From: Alphaproteobacteria bacterium
Lineage (GTDB): Bacteria > Pseudomonadota > Alphaproteobacteria > Sphingomonadales > Sphingomonadaceae
NCBI GenBank assembly: GCA_046566485.1
Contig: JBKHWO010000045.1
Span: 3,664-67,663 of the forward strand
DNA length: 64,000 bases
Direction: 5' to 3'
Shown: one piece after another, positions 19,625 to 28,177 of the stretch
How positions within the stretch are numbered: position 1 is the first letter of the stretch
Layout of the letters: every line of letters starts with the position of its first letter
Program-made: the position numbers and the translations under genes
Notes under the pieces: generated by a model
Database searches by the model: none
Seen by the model: the letters and a program-made list of their open reading frames with translations, nothing else
Told to the model about the DNA's origin: nothing

Positions 19625-19747
19625 CCGTTTATGGTTCGCATATTTTGAGTATCTCCCGATTGTTGCCTGCTAACAAGGGCTTTACCACGCTCGACAGCCC
19701 CCCTCTCACACGCCAGACTTCCTACCAAACAAGCGGGAGAGTGAACA

Positions 19748-20524
19748 ATGGGCATGGAACTCAGCCGGTCAGTCGCGGGCAAGGTGGTGCTGGTTACCGG
19801 CGCGGGCAGTGGCATGGGGCGGGCGACGGCGGAGGTTTTTGCGGCCGAGGGCGCCAACGTCGCTCTGACCGACCTCTCCGCCGAAGCAGTGGAAGCCATC
19901 GCCGCGGACCTGCGCGCCGCGGGCCATTCGGCGCGGAGCTGGGCGCTTGACGTATCGGATGCCGCAGCGATCCGCGCCGTGGTGCCAGAGGTCGCGGCTG
20001 CGTTCGGCGGGCTCGACGCGCTGGTCAACAATGCGGGGATCTCTTCGTTCTGTCCGATCGATGATGACGAGCACTATGACCTTGTCTGGGACCGTGCCGT
20101 GGCGGTCCTGCTCACCGCGCACCAGCGGATGATCCGCGCGGCGCTGCCGTTTCTGCGCCAGTCCGCCAGTCCGCGCGTGGTCAACATTGCCAGCACCGAG
20201 GCGTTGGGGGCGACGTCGCGCAACAGCCCCTATGCCGCGGCCAAGGCCGGGGTGACGGGCCTGACCCGCGCGCTGGCGGTGGAGCTGGGCAAGGAGGGGA
20301 TCACGGTCAACGCGATCTGCCCGGGGCCGATTGCCACGGGCATGACCGAGAAGGTCAGCGATGCCGACAAGGCGGTCTATGCCCAGCGCCGCACCGCGCT
20401 GCGCCGCTATGGCCAGCCCGAGGAAGTGGCGCACATGACGCTGAGCCTGTGCCTGCCTGCGGCCAGCTATGTCACCGGGGTGACGATCCCGGTCGATGGC
20501 GGGCTGATGGCGCGCAATGCGTGA
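19748..20524 (+). CDS. SDR family oxidoreductase
   Basis: [23 protein letters not shown]. Confidence 0.92.
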   Translation: MGMELSRSVAGKVVLVTGAGSGMGRATAEVFAAEGANVALTDLSAEAVEAIAADLRAAGHSARSWALDVSDAAAIRAVVPEVAAAFGGLDALVNNAGISSFCPIDDDEHYDLVWDRAVAVLLTAHQRMIRAALPFLRQSASPRVVNIASTEALGATSRNSPYAAAKAGVTGLTRALAVELGKEGITVNAICPGPIATGMTEKVSDADKAVYAQRRTALRRYGQPEEVAHMTLSLCLPAASYVTGVTIPVDGGLMARNA

Positions 20525-20557
20525 TTGAGGGCCTGACTGGGGCGCCGTGCCGGGGCG

Positions 20558-21292
20558 TTAGGCTGGATAGACCCCGGATAGGACGGTGTCGAAGTGGGCG
20601 CGTACGGTGTGGTTGCATTGGCAGGCCATGGCCCCCAGGCGGGCCTCGTCGGTTACGGTGATCTCGCCGCGGCGGGTGGTGATCACGCCGGCGATGCGGA
20701 AGCGCGAGAGGACGCGGGCGACATAGCTGCGCCCCACGCCAAGCAGCTCGGCCAGCTGGTCCTGGGTCAGGTGGACCTGCTGGCAGTTCGAGCGCTGCTG
20801 CGCGGCGGTCAGCCAGCGGGCGGTGCGCTGTTCGATGTCGTGCGCGGCGTTGCACGCGGCGGTCTGGAAGATCTGGGCGAGGAAGCAGTCGGCATAGCGG
20901 TCAAACAGCCGGGCGACGCCGGGGTGGCTGGACTTGACCCGTTCAAGGTCAGCCAGGGCAATGCGCAGGAACGGACCGCCTTGAAGCACGCTGGCGCGGG
21001 CGAATGCGGGCAGGGGGCCGTGGCTGACCATCCCGCCGAGCGCGCCCTCGCGCCCGACCATCGCGGTTTCCAGCGCTTCGCCGTCTTCCATCACGACATA
21101 GAACCCGGCCAGCGCGCTGTAGCAGGGAAAGTGGCAATGGCTGATGTGGTCGCCCGGTTCGTAAAGGATGAACCCGCTCGGCAGTTCGTTGCGGGTCAGC
21201 AGCGGGGCCAGCGCCGCGCGGTCTTCGGAAGCCAGGGCGGCCAGCAGGTTGTTGGCGACAAGACGCGCGGGCATGGGCTCGGTACCGCTCAC
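20558..21292 (-). CDS. Crp/Fnr-family transcriptional regulator
   Basis: cNMP-binding-like domain (VGREG), HDIEQRTARWL, HTH LTQDQLAELLGVGRSYV; GTG start with GAGGA RBS. Confidence 0.88.
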   Translation of the reverse strand: MSGTEPMPARLVANNLLAALASEDRAALAPLLTRNELPSGFILYEPGDHISHCHFPCYSALAGFYVVMEDGEALETAMVGREGALGGMVSHGPLPAFARASVLQGGPFLRIALADLERVKSSHPGVARLFDRYADCFLAQIFQTAACNAAHDIEQRTARWLTAAQQRSNCQQVHLTQDQLAELLGVGRSYVARVLSRFRIAGVITTRRGEITVTDEARLGAMACQCNHTVRAHFDTVLSGVYPA

Positions 21293-21366
21293 TAGAGAGT
21301 CCTCTTCAGCCCGCAGCCGACGCTGTGTCCACAAATAGACAGACAACGGAGAGAACCTTAGGTATT

Positions 21367-21392
21367 AACGCAGATCGGCTCCAATTGGTTCC
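21367..21392 (-). promoter_or_regulatory. sigma-EcfG (general stress response) promoter for the Crp/Fnr gene
   Basis: Minus strand GGAAC-caattggagccgatctg (17 nt)-CGTT, matching the consensus GGAAC-N17-CGTT. Confidence 0.72.
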
Positions 21393-21407
21393 GGACGGGA
21401 GAATTGG

Positions 21408-21770
21408 ATGACGAAGACGAAAATGCGTACGGCACTGGTGGTGGAAGAAAGTCCGCTGATCGCGATGAACGTGGAGCAGACTCTGCTGCGCTGCGGGTTC
21501 GCTGCGGTCCATGTCGCCTGCTCGCCCGATGCGGCGACCGATATGGCGGGAACAGCGGAGCTGGATTTCGCGCTGCTCTCGGTCGAACCGGGCGGCGTCC
21601 ATGGCAGCGTGCTGGCGCCGCTGCTGGCTAGGCGCAGCGTGCCCTTTGCCTTTATCTGCGACCTGTCAGACGGAAGCGACGTGCCCCCCGCCTGGAGGGG
21701 CACGCCGTACCTGGCAAAACCTTACACCGAAGCGGAGCTTGCCCAGCTGATCGCCGCGGTCGGGTCCTGA
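21408..21770 (+). CDS. stand-alone atypical response regulator receiver domain
   Basis: LVVEES, DFALLSV (Ser at the phospho-Asp position), PFAF, LAKPY. Confidence 0.75.
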   Translation: MTKTKMRTALVVEESPLIAMNVEQTLLRCGFAAVHVACSPDAATDMAGTAELDFALLSVEPGGVHGSVLAPLLARRSVPFAFICDLSDGSDVPPAWRGTPYLAKPYTEAELAQLIAAVGS

Positions 21771-21778
21771 GCCGAAGC

Positions 21779-22909
21779 TCAGGCCGGAAGGGTAAGGGCT
21801 TCGTAGCGCTCCAGATGCCAGTCGGCCGGGCCGAACTGGTTCTCGATCATGGTGCTGCGCTTGAAGTAGTGGCCGATCGCCAGTTCCATGGTGATGCCGA
21901 TGCCGCCATGGGTCTGGATCGCGTTCTGGCCGACCGCCTTGATGCTGCGGGCAACCTTGGCCTTGACCTGGCTGACCGCGGCCTTGCGCTGCTCGGCCGG
22001 AAGACCCAGCTTGAGCGTGCCCATCAGGCTCATCGAGGCGATCTGTTCGACGTCGACCAGCATGTCGGCCATGCGGTGTTGCAGCGCCTGGAACTTGCCG
22101 ATCGGCTGGCCGAACTGCTTGCGCTGCTTGGTATAGTCAACCGTGCCTTCCAGCAGCTTGCGGGCGATCCCGGTGCCTTCGGCGCAGACTGCGACAGTGG
22201 CTTCGTCGACCACCCGCTCGATCAGGTCGATCCCGCCGGGCAGCAGGGCTTCGCCCGGAATGCTGACGTTCTCGAAGTAGACTTCGGCACCGCGGAAGCC
22301 ATCGACCATCGCATAGTCGCGCATGGTGATGCCGGCGGCCTTGGCGTCGACCAGGAACAGCTCAACCCCGGCGCGTTCACGGCGGCTGCCGCCGGTGCGG
22401 GCGGTGACCAGCAGGTGCGTCGCCCACGGCGCGGCATAGACGGCGGCCTTGTGGCCGTTCAGGACATAGCCCGAACCGTCTGCCTTGGCGGTGGTCCCGA
22501 TGTCGGCCAGGTTATAGCGGCCCTGCGGTTCGCCATAGGCAAAGGCGGTGATGCAATCGCCGCTGATGATCTGCGGGATCACTTCGGCGGCAACTGCGCC
22601 GCCGACGGCCTGGAGCGCGCCGCCGCCGATCACCACGGTCTGCAGCCAGGGCTCGATCGCGATGACCTTGCCCAGTTCTTCCATCATGATCGCGTTTTCC
22701 AGGAAGCCGCCGCCCATGCCGCCGTATTCCTCGGCAAAGGGGGCGCTGGTCAGGCCCAGCTCGCTGGAGAGCGCGCGCCAGATGCCGGGATCGCGCCCTT
22801 CCGGGCTGGTCAGCATCTTCTTGCGGGTTTCAAAGTCGTAGGTATCGGCCAAGAACCGCGCGAGGGTATCGCGCAGCATGTCCTGCGTTTCAGTATAGCT
22901 CAGGTCCAT
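21779..22909 (-). CDS. acyl-CoA dehydrogenase, small subunit (PimD-like)
   Basis: RKQFGQPIGKFQALQHR, QTHGGIG; tandem with a second ACAD. Confidence 0.9.
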   Translation of the reverse strand: MDLSYTETQDMLRDTLARFLADTYDFETRKKMLTSPEGRDPGIWRALSSELGLTSAPFAEEYGGMGGGFLENAIMMEELGKVIAIEPWLQTVVIGGGALQAVGGAVAAEVIPQIISGDCITAFAYGEPQGRYNLADIGTTAKADGSGYVLNGHKAAVYAAPWATHLLVTARTGGSRRERAGVELFLVDAKAAGITMRDYAMVDGFRGAEVYFENVSIPGEALLPGGIDLIERVVDEATVAVCAEGTGIARKLLEGTVDYTKQRKQFGQPIGKFQALQHRMADMLVDVEQIASMSLMGTLKLGLPAEQRKAAVSQVKAKVARSIKAVGQNAIQTHGGIGITMELAIGHYFKRSTMIENQFGPADWHLERYEALTLPA

Positions 22910-22921
22910 GTGTTCAATTCC

Positions 22922-24115
22922 TCAGAGGCCGAGAACCATCTTGGCGATGATGTTGCGCTGGATCTCGTTCGACCCGCCATAGATCGTGGTCTTGCGGGTG
23001 TTGTAGTACATCGGCGCGGCGCGGTTGGCCCATTCCGGACCCACGGCGTGCTGGTTGTCACCCTCGCCAAAGCTGCGCGAATAGGGAGCGCCGTAATGGC
23101 CGGCCATTTCCAGGGTCAGTTCGGTCAGGCGCTGCTGAATCTCCGAACCCTTGATCTTCAGCACCGAGCTTTCCGGCCCCGGACCATGGCCCGCGGCCAT
23201 GCCCGACAGAGTGCGCAGTTCGGTGAATTCCAGCGCGGCCAGGTCCATTTCCAGTTCGGCCACCTTGCGGCGGAAGAACGGATTGGCGAGCAGGGCCTTT
23301 TCGCCGTCCATTTCGGTGCTGGCGATCTGACGGATGCGTTCGACCCCGCGCTTGGAGCTGGCGACACCGGCGATGCCGACGCGTTCGTGGGCAAGCAGGA
23401 ACTTGGCGCAGGTCCAGCCCTTGTTCTCTTCGTAGACGCGGTTTTCGACCGGTACCTTGACGTTGTCGAGGAACACTTCGTTGACTTCGTGTTCGCCGCC
23501 CAGGGTAATGATTGGGCGCACTTCGATGCCGGGCGACTTCATGTCGATCAGCAGGAACGAGATGCCTTCCTGCTGCTTGGCGTCAGGCTCGGTGCGGACC
23601 AGGAAGAAGCCCCAGTCAGCGTGCTGGGCCATGGTGGTCCAGGTCTTTTGCCCGTTGACGATGTAGTGATCGCCTTCGCGCACCGCGCGGGTGCGCAGTG
23701 AGGCCAGGTCCGAACCCGAACCCGGCTCGGAATAACCCTGGCACCACCAGTCCTCGCCCGACAGGATGCGGGGCAGGAACTTGGCCTTCTGCTCGGGCGT
23801 GCCGAAGGTATAGATCACCGGGCCGACCATGGTCAGACCGAAGGGCATCAGGCGAATGCAGTCGGCGCGCGCGGTTTCTTCGGAGAAGATGTAGCGCTGC
23901 GTGATCGACCAGCCAGTGCCGCCGTATTCCACCGGCCAGGCCGGGGCGACCCAGCCCTTCTTGTAGAGAACGCGGTGCCAGGAGAGGAAATCCTCCTTGC
24001 TCAGTTCATCCCCTTCATCCTGCTTGCCACGCAGCTCCTTGGGGTAATTTTCGGCGATGAAGGTCCGCACTTCTTCGCGGAAGGCGATTTCTTCGGGGCT
24101 GAATTCTAGGTCCAT
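22922..24115 (-). CDS. acyl-CoA dehydrogenase, large subunit (PimC-like)
   Basis: WCQGYSEPGSGSDLASL, NGQKTWT, IYGGSNEIQRNII. Confidence 0.92.
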   Translation of the reverse strand: MDLEFSPEEIAFREEVRTFIAENYPKELRGKQDEGDELSKEDFLSWHRVLYKKGWVAPAWPVEYGGTGWSITQRYIFSEETARADCIRLMPFGLTMVGPVIYTFGTPEQKAKFLPRILSGEDWWCQGYSEPGSGSDLASLRTRAVREGDHYIVNGQKTWTTMAQHADWGFFLVRTEPDAKQQEGISFLLIDMKSPGIEVRPIITLGGEHEVNEVFLDNVKVPVENRVYEENKGWTCAKFLLAHERVGIAGVASSKRGVERIRQIASTEMDGEKALLANPFFRRKVAELEMDLAALEFTELRTLSGMAAGHGPGPESSVLKIKGSEIQQRLTELTLEMAGHYGAPYSRSFGEGDNQHAVGPEWANRAAPMYYNTRKTTIYGGSNEIQRNIIAKMVLGL

Positions 24116-24490
24116 TGCCTCTCTCCGATGACGGTTTACGGAACGTGTTTGGCCCGGTTTTCCGGCCTTCGCAAGGGGGAGGGCAACCTGTCCGGAGAGG
24201 CATGGGGCGACAAGTGCAGCCTGCCGTTACGGCAAGGCGGATCACGGCGCTGTTGCCAGGGTTCGCAGGTCAGATGGAAAGCCGTCGTTTGGCCGATCAT
24301 CAGCCTTCGTTTGACCCGGCGGCTGTGCGGTTGGCGCGCGACTCGCCCCCCGGTGGCATAAGCCAGAATAGGCGGAAGGGGCCAGTCCCAGAGGCCGGAT
24401 ACGCATCGTCAGGTAAACAGCGGGCTTGCCCTTGTGCGCCCCATTAACGCCGCATAGAGAGCGGGCATATTTCCAGGGAGGCGATGCGCC

Positions 24491-25276
24491 ATGGCAGTGG
24501 TTTACGAGTTCAATCGCGCGATCTTGCGGCGGCCCGGTACCAGCGTGGTCAAGGGGCTGCGTGCCGGGGGCGGGCCCGATCCCAAACTGGACGACGTGCT
24601 GCGCGAACACGCCGGATACGAGCGCGCTCTGGCCGAGGCTGGACTGACCCTGACCGTGCTCGATCCGCTCGAGGAATTCCCCGACGCCATTTTCGTTGAG
24701 GACCCGGCGCTGGTGTTCAGCGAAGGGGCCATCGTCCTGCGCCCCGGGGCACCAAGCCGCGAGGCGGAGGGTGACTATCTGCGGCCCACCCTGAGCGCAT
24801 TGTTCGACCGCGTGCTGGAACTCCCCACCGGCCATGCCGATGGCGGTGACGTGCTGGTCCTGCCGGACAGGGTGCTGATCGGCCTGTCCGCGCGAACTGA
24901 CCGGGCGGGTGCCGATGCGCTGGTCGCGCTTTTGGCGGAGCTGGGCTATCGCGGCGAAGTGGCCGCGACGCCGCAGGAAGTCCTGCACCTCAAGACAGCC
25001 AGCTCGTTGCTCGATGAAGAAACCGTCCTTTCCACCCGCGCCCTCGCCGCCACCGGCATCTTTGCCGGCTACCGGGTGATCGAAGTACCCGAGGGCGAGG
25101 AAGGCGCAGCCAACGTCCTGCGGGTCAATGACCGGGTGATTGCCGGGGCTGGGCACCCGGGTGTGTTGGATGCGCTCGACAAGCATGGACTGAATGTGGT
25201 TGCGCTGCCCAACAGCGCGATTGCCGCAATCGATGCCGGGTTCACTTGCATGTCGCTGCGTTGGCGGGCGGTCTAA
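24491..25276 (+). CDS. dimethylarginine dimethylaminohydrolase / amidinotransferase family
   Basis: PDAIFVED, DGGD, LHLKT, GFTCMS (catalytic Asp/His/Cys present). Confidence 0.9.
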   Translation: MAVVYEFNRAILRRPGTSVVKGLRAGGGPDPKLDDVLREHAGYERALAEAGLTLTVLDPLEEFPDAIFVEDPALVFSEGAIVLRPGAPSREAEGDYLRPTLSALFDRVLELPTGHADGGDVLVLPDRVLIGLSARTDRAGADALVALLAELGYRGEVAATPQEVLHLKTASSLLDEETVLSTRALAATGIFAGYRVIEVPEGEEGAANVLRVNDRVIAGAGHPGVLDALDKHGLNVVALPNSAIAAIDAGFTCMSLRWRAV

Positions 25277-25343
25277 CCAGCGGGAACCAATCGCCGCGAC
25301 AAGCATAGTCTGAAGGGCTGACCTTTGGGAAAGGAGGCCCTGG

Positions 25344-26084
25344 ATGACCTACTGCGTCGGAATGCTGCTCGATCGCGGGCTCGCCTTGATGAGCGACACC
25401 CGGACCAATTCGGGCGTCGATAATATCTCCACCTTCCGCAAGATGCATTGCTGGTCCGTCCCGGGCGAGCGCATCGTGGTGATTATGACCGCAGGGAACC
25501 TCGCGACGACGCAAGGGGTGATCAGCCAGATTGAGGAACGCGACAAGCCGCACGCCGAGCGGCACAATGTCCTGCTGCAGGCCAGCACCATGTTTCAGGT
25601 CGCCAATACGGTCGGCAAGCTGCTGCGCGAGACCATCGCCACCATCGACGAGCGCAACGGCGAAGACGGTTCGGGCACCTTTTCCGCCTCGATGATCGTT
25701 GCCGGCCAGATCAACGGTGGGCGGCATCGGCTGTTCCTGATCTATCCCGAAGGCAATTTCATCGAGGCGAGCTTTGACACCCCTTTTTTCCAGATCGGCG
25801 AGACCAAATATGGCCGCCCGATCATCATCCGCGGGTATGATCGCGATATGGCTTTCGAAAATGCTGTGAAGCTGTTGATGGTCAGCTTTGATTCGACCAT
25901 CAAGGCTAACCTGTCGGTCGGCTTGCCGCTGGATCTTCTGCTGATCGAACGCGACCGCTTTGAACCGATGCACCAACGCCGGATCGTGGCGCAGGATGCG
26001 TACTACCAGGCCCTGTCGGAGCAGTGGAGCGATGCTCTGCGCAAGGCCTTCTACTCGCTTCCCGACTACAGCCTGGACAGCTGA
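25344..26084 (+). CDS. Anbu proteasome-type Ntn peptidase
   Basis: MTYCVG start (Thr after Met removal), SDTRTN.GVDNISTF.K, AGNLATTQ, QIGETKYG.P, SNLSVG-like ANLSVGLP. Confidence 0.9.
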   Translation: MTYCVGMLLDRGLALMSDTRTNSGVDNISTFRKMHCWSVPGERIVVIMTAGNLATTQGVISQIEERDKPHAERHNVLLQASTMFQVANTVGKLLRETIATIDERNGEDGSGTFSASMIVAGQINGGRHRLFLIYPEGNFIEASFDTPFFQIGETKYGRPIIIRGYDRDMAFENAVKLLMVSFDSTIKANLSVGLPLDLLLIERDRFEPMHQRRIVAQDAYYQALSEQWSDALRKAFYSLPDYSLDS

Positions 26085-26762
26085 CTATCTGCAGAACGCG
26101 CTGCTGCTGAGTTCCAGATGGAGATGGTCGGAATGTGCCGCGTTGTAGGCCGGCCCCAGAACCGTGCCAAACCGCTTGCAGGCGCTGGCCTGGATCGTGG
26201 CAAAGAACTTCCGCACCTTGGGTGACGGGTCGTGCCAGTTGCCTGAAACGGTGATGCGGCGGCCGTCCGCCAGGACAAAACCGGACACGTCGATCGCCTG
26301 GGCCACGGCATGGGCGCTGCGACGTTCGGACCCGGCGACGTTGCGGCAGCTGTAGCTGCCCATCGTCTCGATCCGGACGATCGGGCTGCCGAGGATCTGC
26401 TGCGCGGCGCGGTCGGCACCAAAGCGCGCCCAGGCCGCAAAGGTTTCGGCAAGCGGGCAGGTCACCGGGCCAAGGTTGCTGAGCGCCAGCCGCGCATCGT
26501 CGCTTTTCAGCGCGGAAAGCTGGACCGTGCCGAGCGTTGAACAGCCCGCGCCGTAATACTTGTCGGGCAGGGGCGAGAATGCCGCCTGGCGTGCTCCGAG
26601 GTCCGCCAGGCAGGCCCGGATGTCCGGGCGCGGGGTCAGGATACTGGTCGATTGGCGGACCTTGGCGCGCTGGGGCGCATCGGGCGGCACGGCGCTACAC
26701 CCGCCCAGGATCAGGGCCAGAGACGCTGCGAACAGGGCAATGCGCATGTCCATCGATTCCAT
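26085..26762 (-). CDS. extensin-like family lipoprotein
   Basis: LGGC lipobox, MGSYSCR, SAHA.A.AIDVSGF, GPAYNAAH.DHLH. Confidence 0.85.
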   Translation of the reverse strand: MESMDMRIALFAASLALILGGCSAVPPDAPQRAKVRQSTSILTPRPDIRACLADLGARQAAFSPLPDKYYGAGCSTLGTVQLSALKSDDARLALSNLGPVTCPLAETFAAWARFGADRAAQQILGSPIVRIETMGSYSCRNVAGSERRSAHAVAQAIDVSGFVLADGRRITVSGNWHDPSPKVRKFFATIQASACKRFGTVLGPAYNAAHSDHLHLELSSSAFCR

Positions 26763-26859
26763 GTACCTGTGCGGCGACCAGCGAGCCACCGCCCGAACAT
26801 CTAGCATAAATTCGTATCCGGAACACCGGATTTGCTTGACTCGCGGCGGGCCATCCCAC

Positions 26860-26900
26860 AGGGCGGCGGCGGGCCACGCGGTCCCAACGCCGCGCGTGCT
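26860..26900 (+). ncRNA. possible serC leader hairpin
   Basis: CACGCGG-TCCCAACG-CCGCGCGTG hairpin just ahead of the serC RBS. A serC leader RNA family is known in alphaproteobacteria, but the match is unverified. Confidence 0.3.
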
Positions 26901-26919
26901 CTCTGTGAGGAGAGTCTAC

Positions 26920-28050
26920 ATGACTGATACTGTGAAGCCTGCGGCCAAGCCCGCACGCCCGTTCTTTTCTTCCGGTCCCTGCGCCAAGCCGCCGGGCTAT
27001 TCCCCCGAAAAACTCGCCACCGAATCGTTGGGCCGTTCGCACCGCGCCAAGATCGGCAAGACGCGTCTGCAGTACTGCATCGACCTGATGCGCGAAGTGC
27101 TGGGCCTGCCGGATACGCATCGCATCGGCATCGTCCCCGGTTCGGATACCGGCGCGTTCGAAATGGCCATGTGGACCATGCTGGGCGCCCGCCCGGTTAC
27201 CACGCTGGCCTGGGAATCGTTCGGCGAAGGCTGGGTCACGGACGCGGCCAAGCAGCTCAAGCTCGATCCCACCGTGCTGCGCGCGGATTACGGCCAGCTG
27301 CCGGATCTGTCGCAGATTGACTGGTCGAACGACGTGCTCTTCACCTGGAACGGCACCACCTCTGGCGTGCGCGTGCCCAATGCCGATTTCATCCCCGAGA
27401 CTCGCGAAGGCCTGTCCTTCGCTGACGCCACCTCGGCTGTCTTTGCTTACGACATCGACTGGGCGAAGATCGACGTCGCTACCTTCTCCTGGCAGAAGGT
27501 GCTGGGCGGCGAGGGCGGTCACGGTGTCCTGATCCTTGGACCGCGGGCTGTCGAACGGCTCGAAACCTATACCCCGGCCTGGCCGCTGCCCAAGGTGTTC
27601 CGCCTGGTTTCCAAGGGCAAGCTGGCCGAAGGCGTGTTCAAGGGGGAAACGATCAACACCCCGTCGATGCTGGCCGTCGAAGATGCCATCTTTGCGCTCG
27701 AATGGGCCAAGGGTCTGGGCGGGCTGAACGGCCTGCAGGCGCGCTCCAATGCCAATGCTGCGGCGCTGAACAAGATCGTTGCGGAACGCGCGTGGCTGTC
27801 GCACCTCTGCGCAGACGAAGCCACCCGCTCGAAGACTTCGGTCTGCCTTTCGGTCGAAGGGGCTGATGAAGCCTTTATCAAGGCCATGGCCGGCTTGCTG
27901 GAAAAGGAAGGCGCGGCTTACGATATCGCCGGTTACCGCGATGCCCCTCCGGGTCTGCGGATCTGGTGCGGCGCGACCGTCAATGCCGAAGACATTGAAG
28001 CGCTCGGCCCGTGGCTCGACTGGGCCTACGCCAGCACCAAGGCTGCCTGA
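26920..28050 (+). CDS. serC: phosphoserine aminotransferase
   Basis: FSSGPCAK, GRSHR, WNGTTSGV, FSWQKVLGGEG (PLP Lys), INTPS; upstream of serA. Confidence 0.95.
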   Translation: MTDTVKPAAKPARPFFSSGPCAKPPGYSPEKLATESLGRSHRAKIGKTRLQYCIDLMREVLGLPDTHRIGIVPGSDTGAFEMAMWTMLGARPVTTLAWESFGEGWVTDAAKQLKLDPTVLRADYGQLPDLSQIDWSNDVLFTWNGTTSGVRVPNADFIPETREGLSFADATSAVFAYDIDWAKIDVATFSWQKVLGGEGGHGVLILGPRAVERLETYTPAWPLPKVFRLVSKGKLAEGVFKGETINTPSMLAVEDAIFALEWAKGLGGLNGLQARSNANAAALNKIVAERAWLSHLCADEATRSKTSVCLSVEGADEAFIKAMAGLLEKEGAAYDIAGYRDAPPGLRIWCGATVNAEDIEALGPWLDWAYASTKAA

Positions 28051-28065
28051 CTTAAGCACGAAGTC

Positions 28066-28156
28066 CGTCACCCTGAACTTGTTTCAGGGTCCATTTCTCC
28101 GTCCAAACCATCGCTTTTGATTGCGCGATGGATGCTGAAACAAGTTCAGCATGACG
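28066..28156. repeat. CGTC-tagged REP-like doublet (AT-rich variant)
   Basis: CGTCACCCTGAACTTGTTTCAGGGTCCAT ... ATGGATGCTGAAACAAGTTCAGCATGACG inverted pair. Confidence 0.8.
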
Positions 28157-28177
28157 ATGTTGTGATTGGATGATTTT

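Noticed and set aside
24120-24490. Riboswitch or sRNA in the 370-bp gap between the ACAD and DDAH genes
   Set aside because: Checked both strands; no recognisable aptamer, terminator or convincing ORF.
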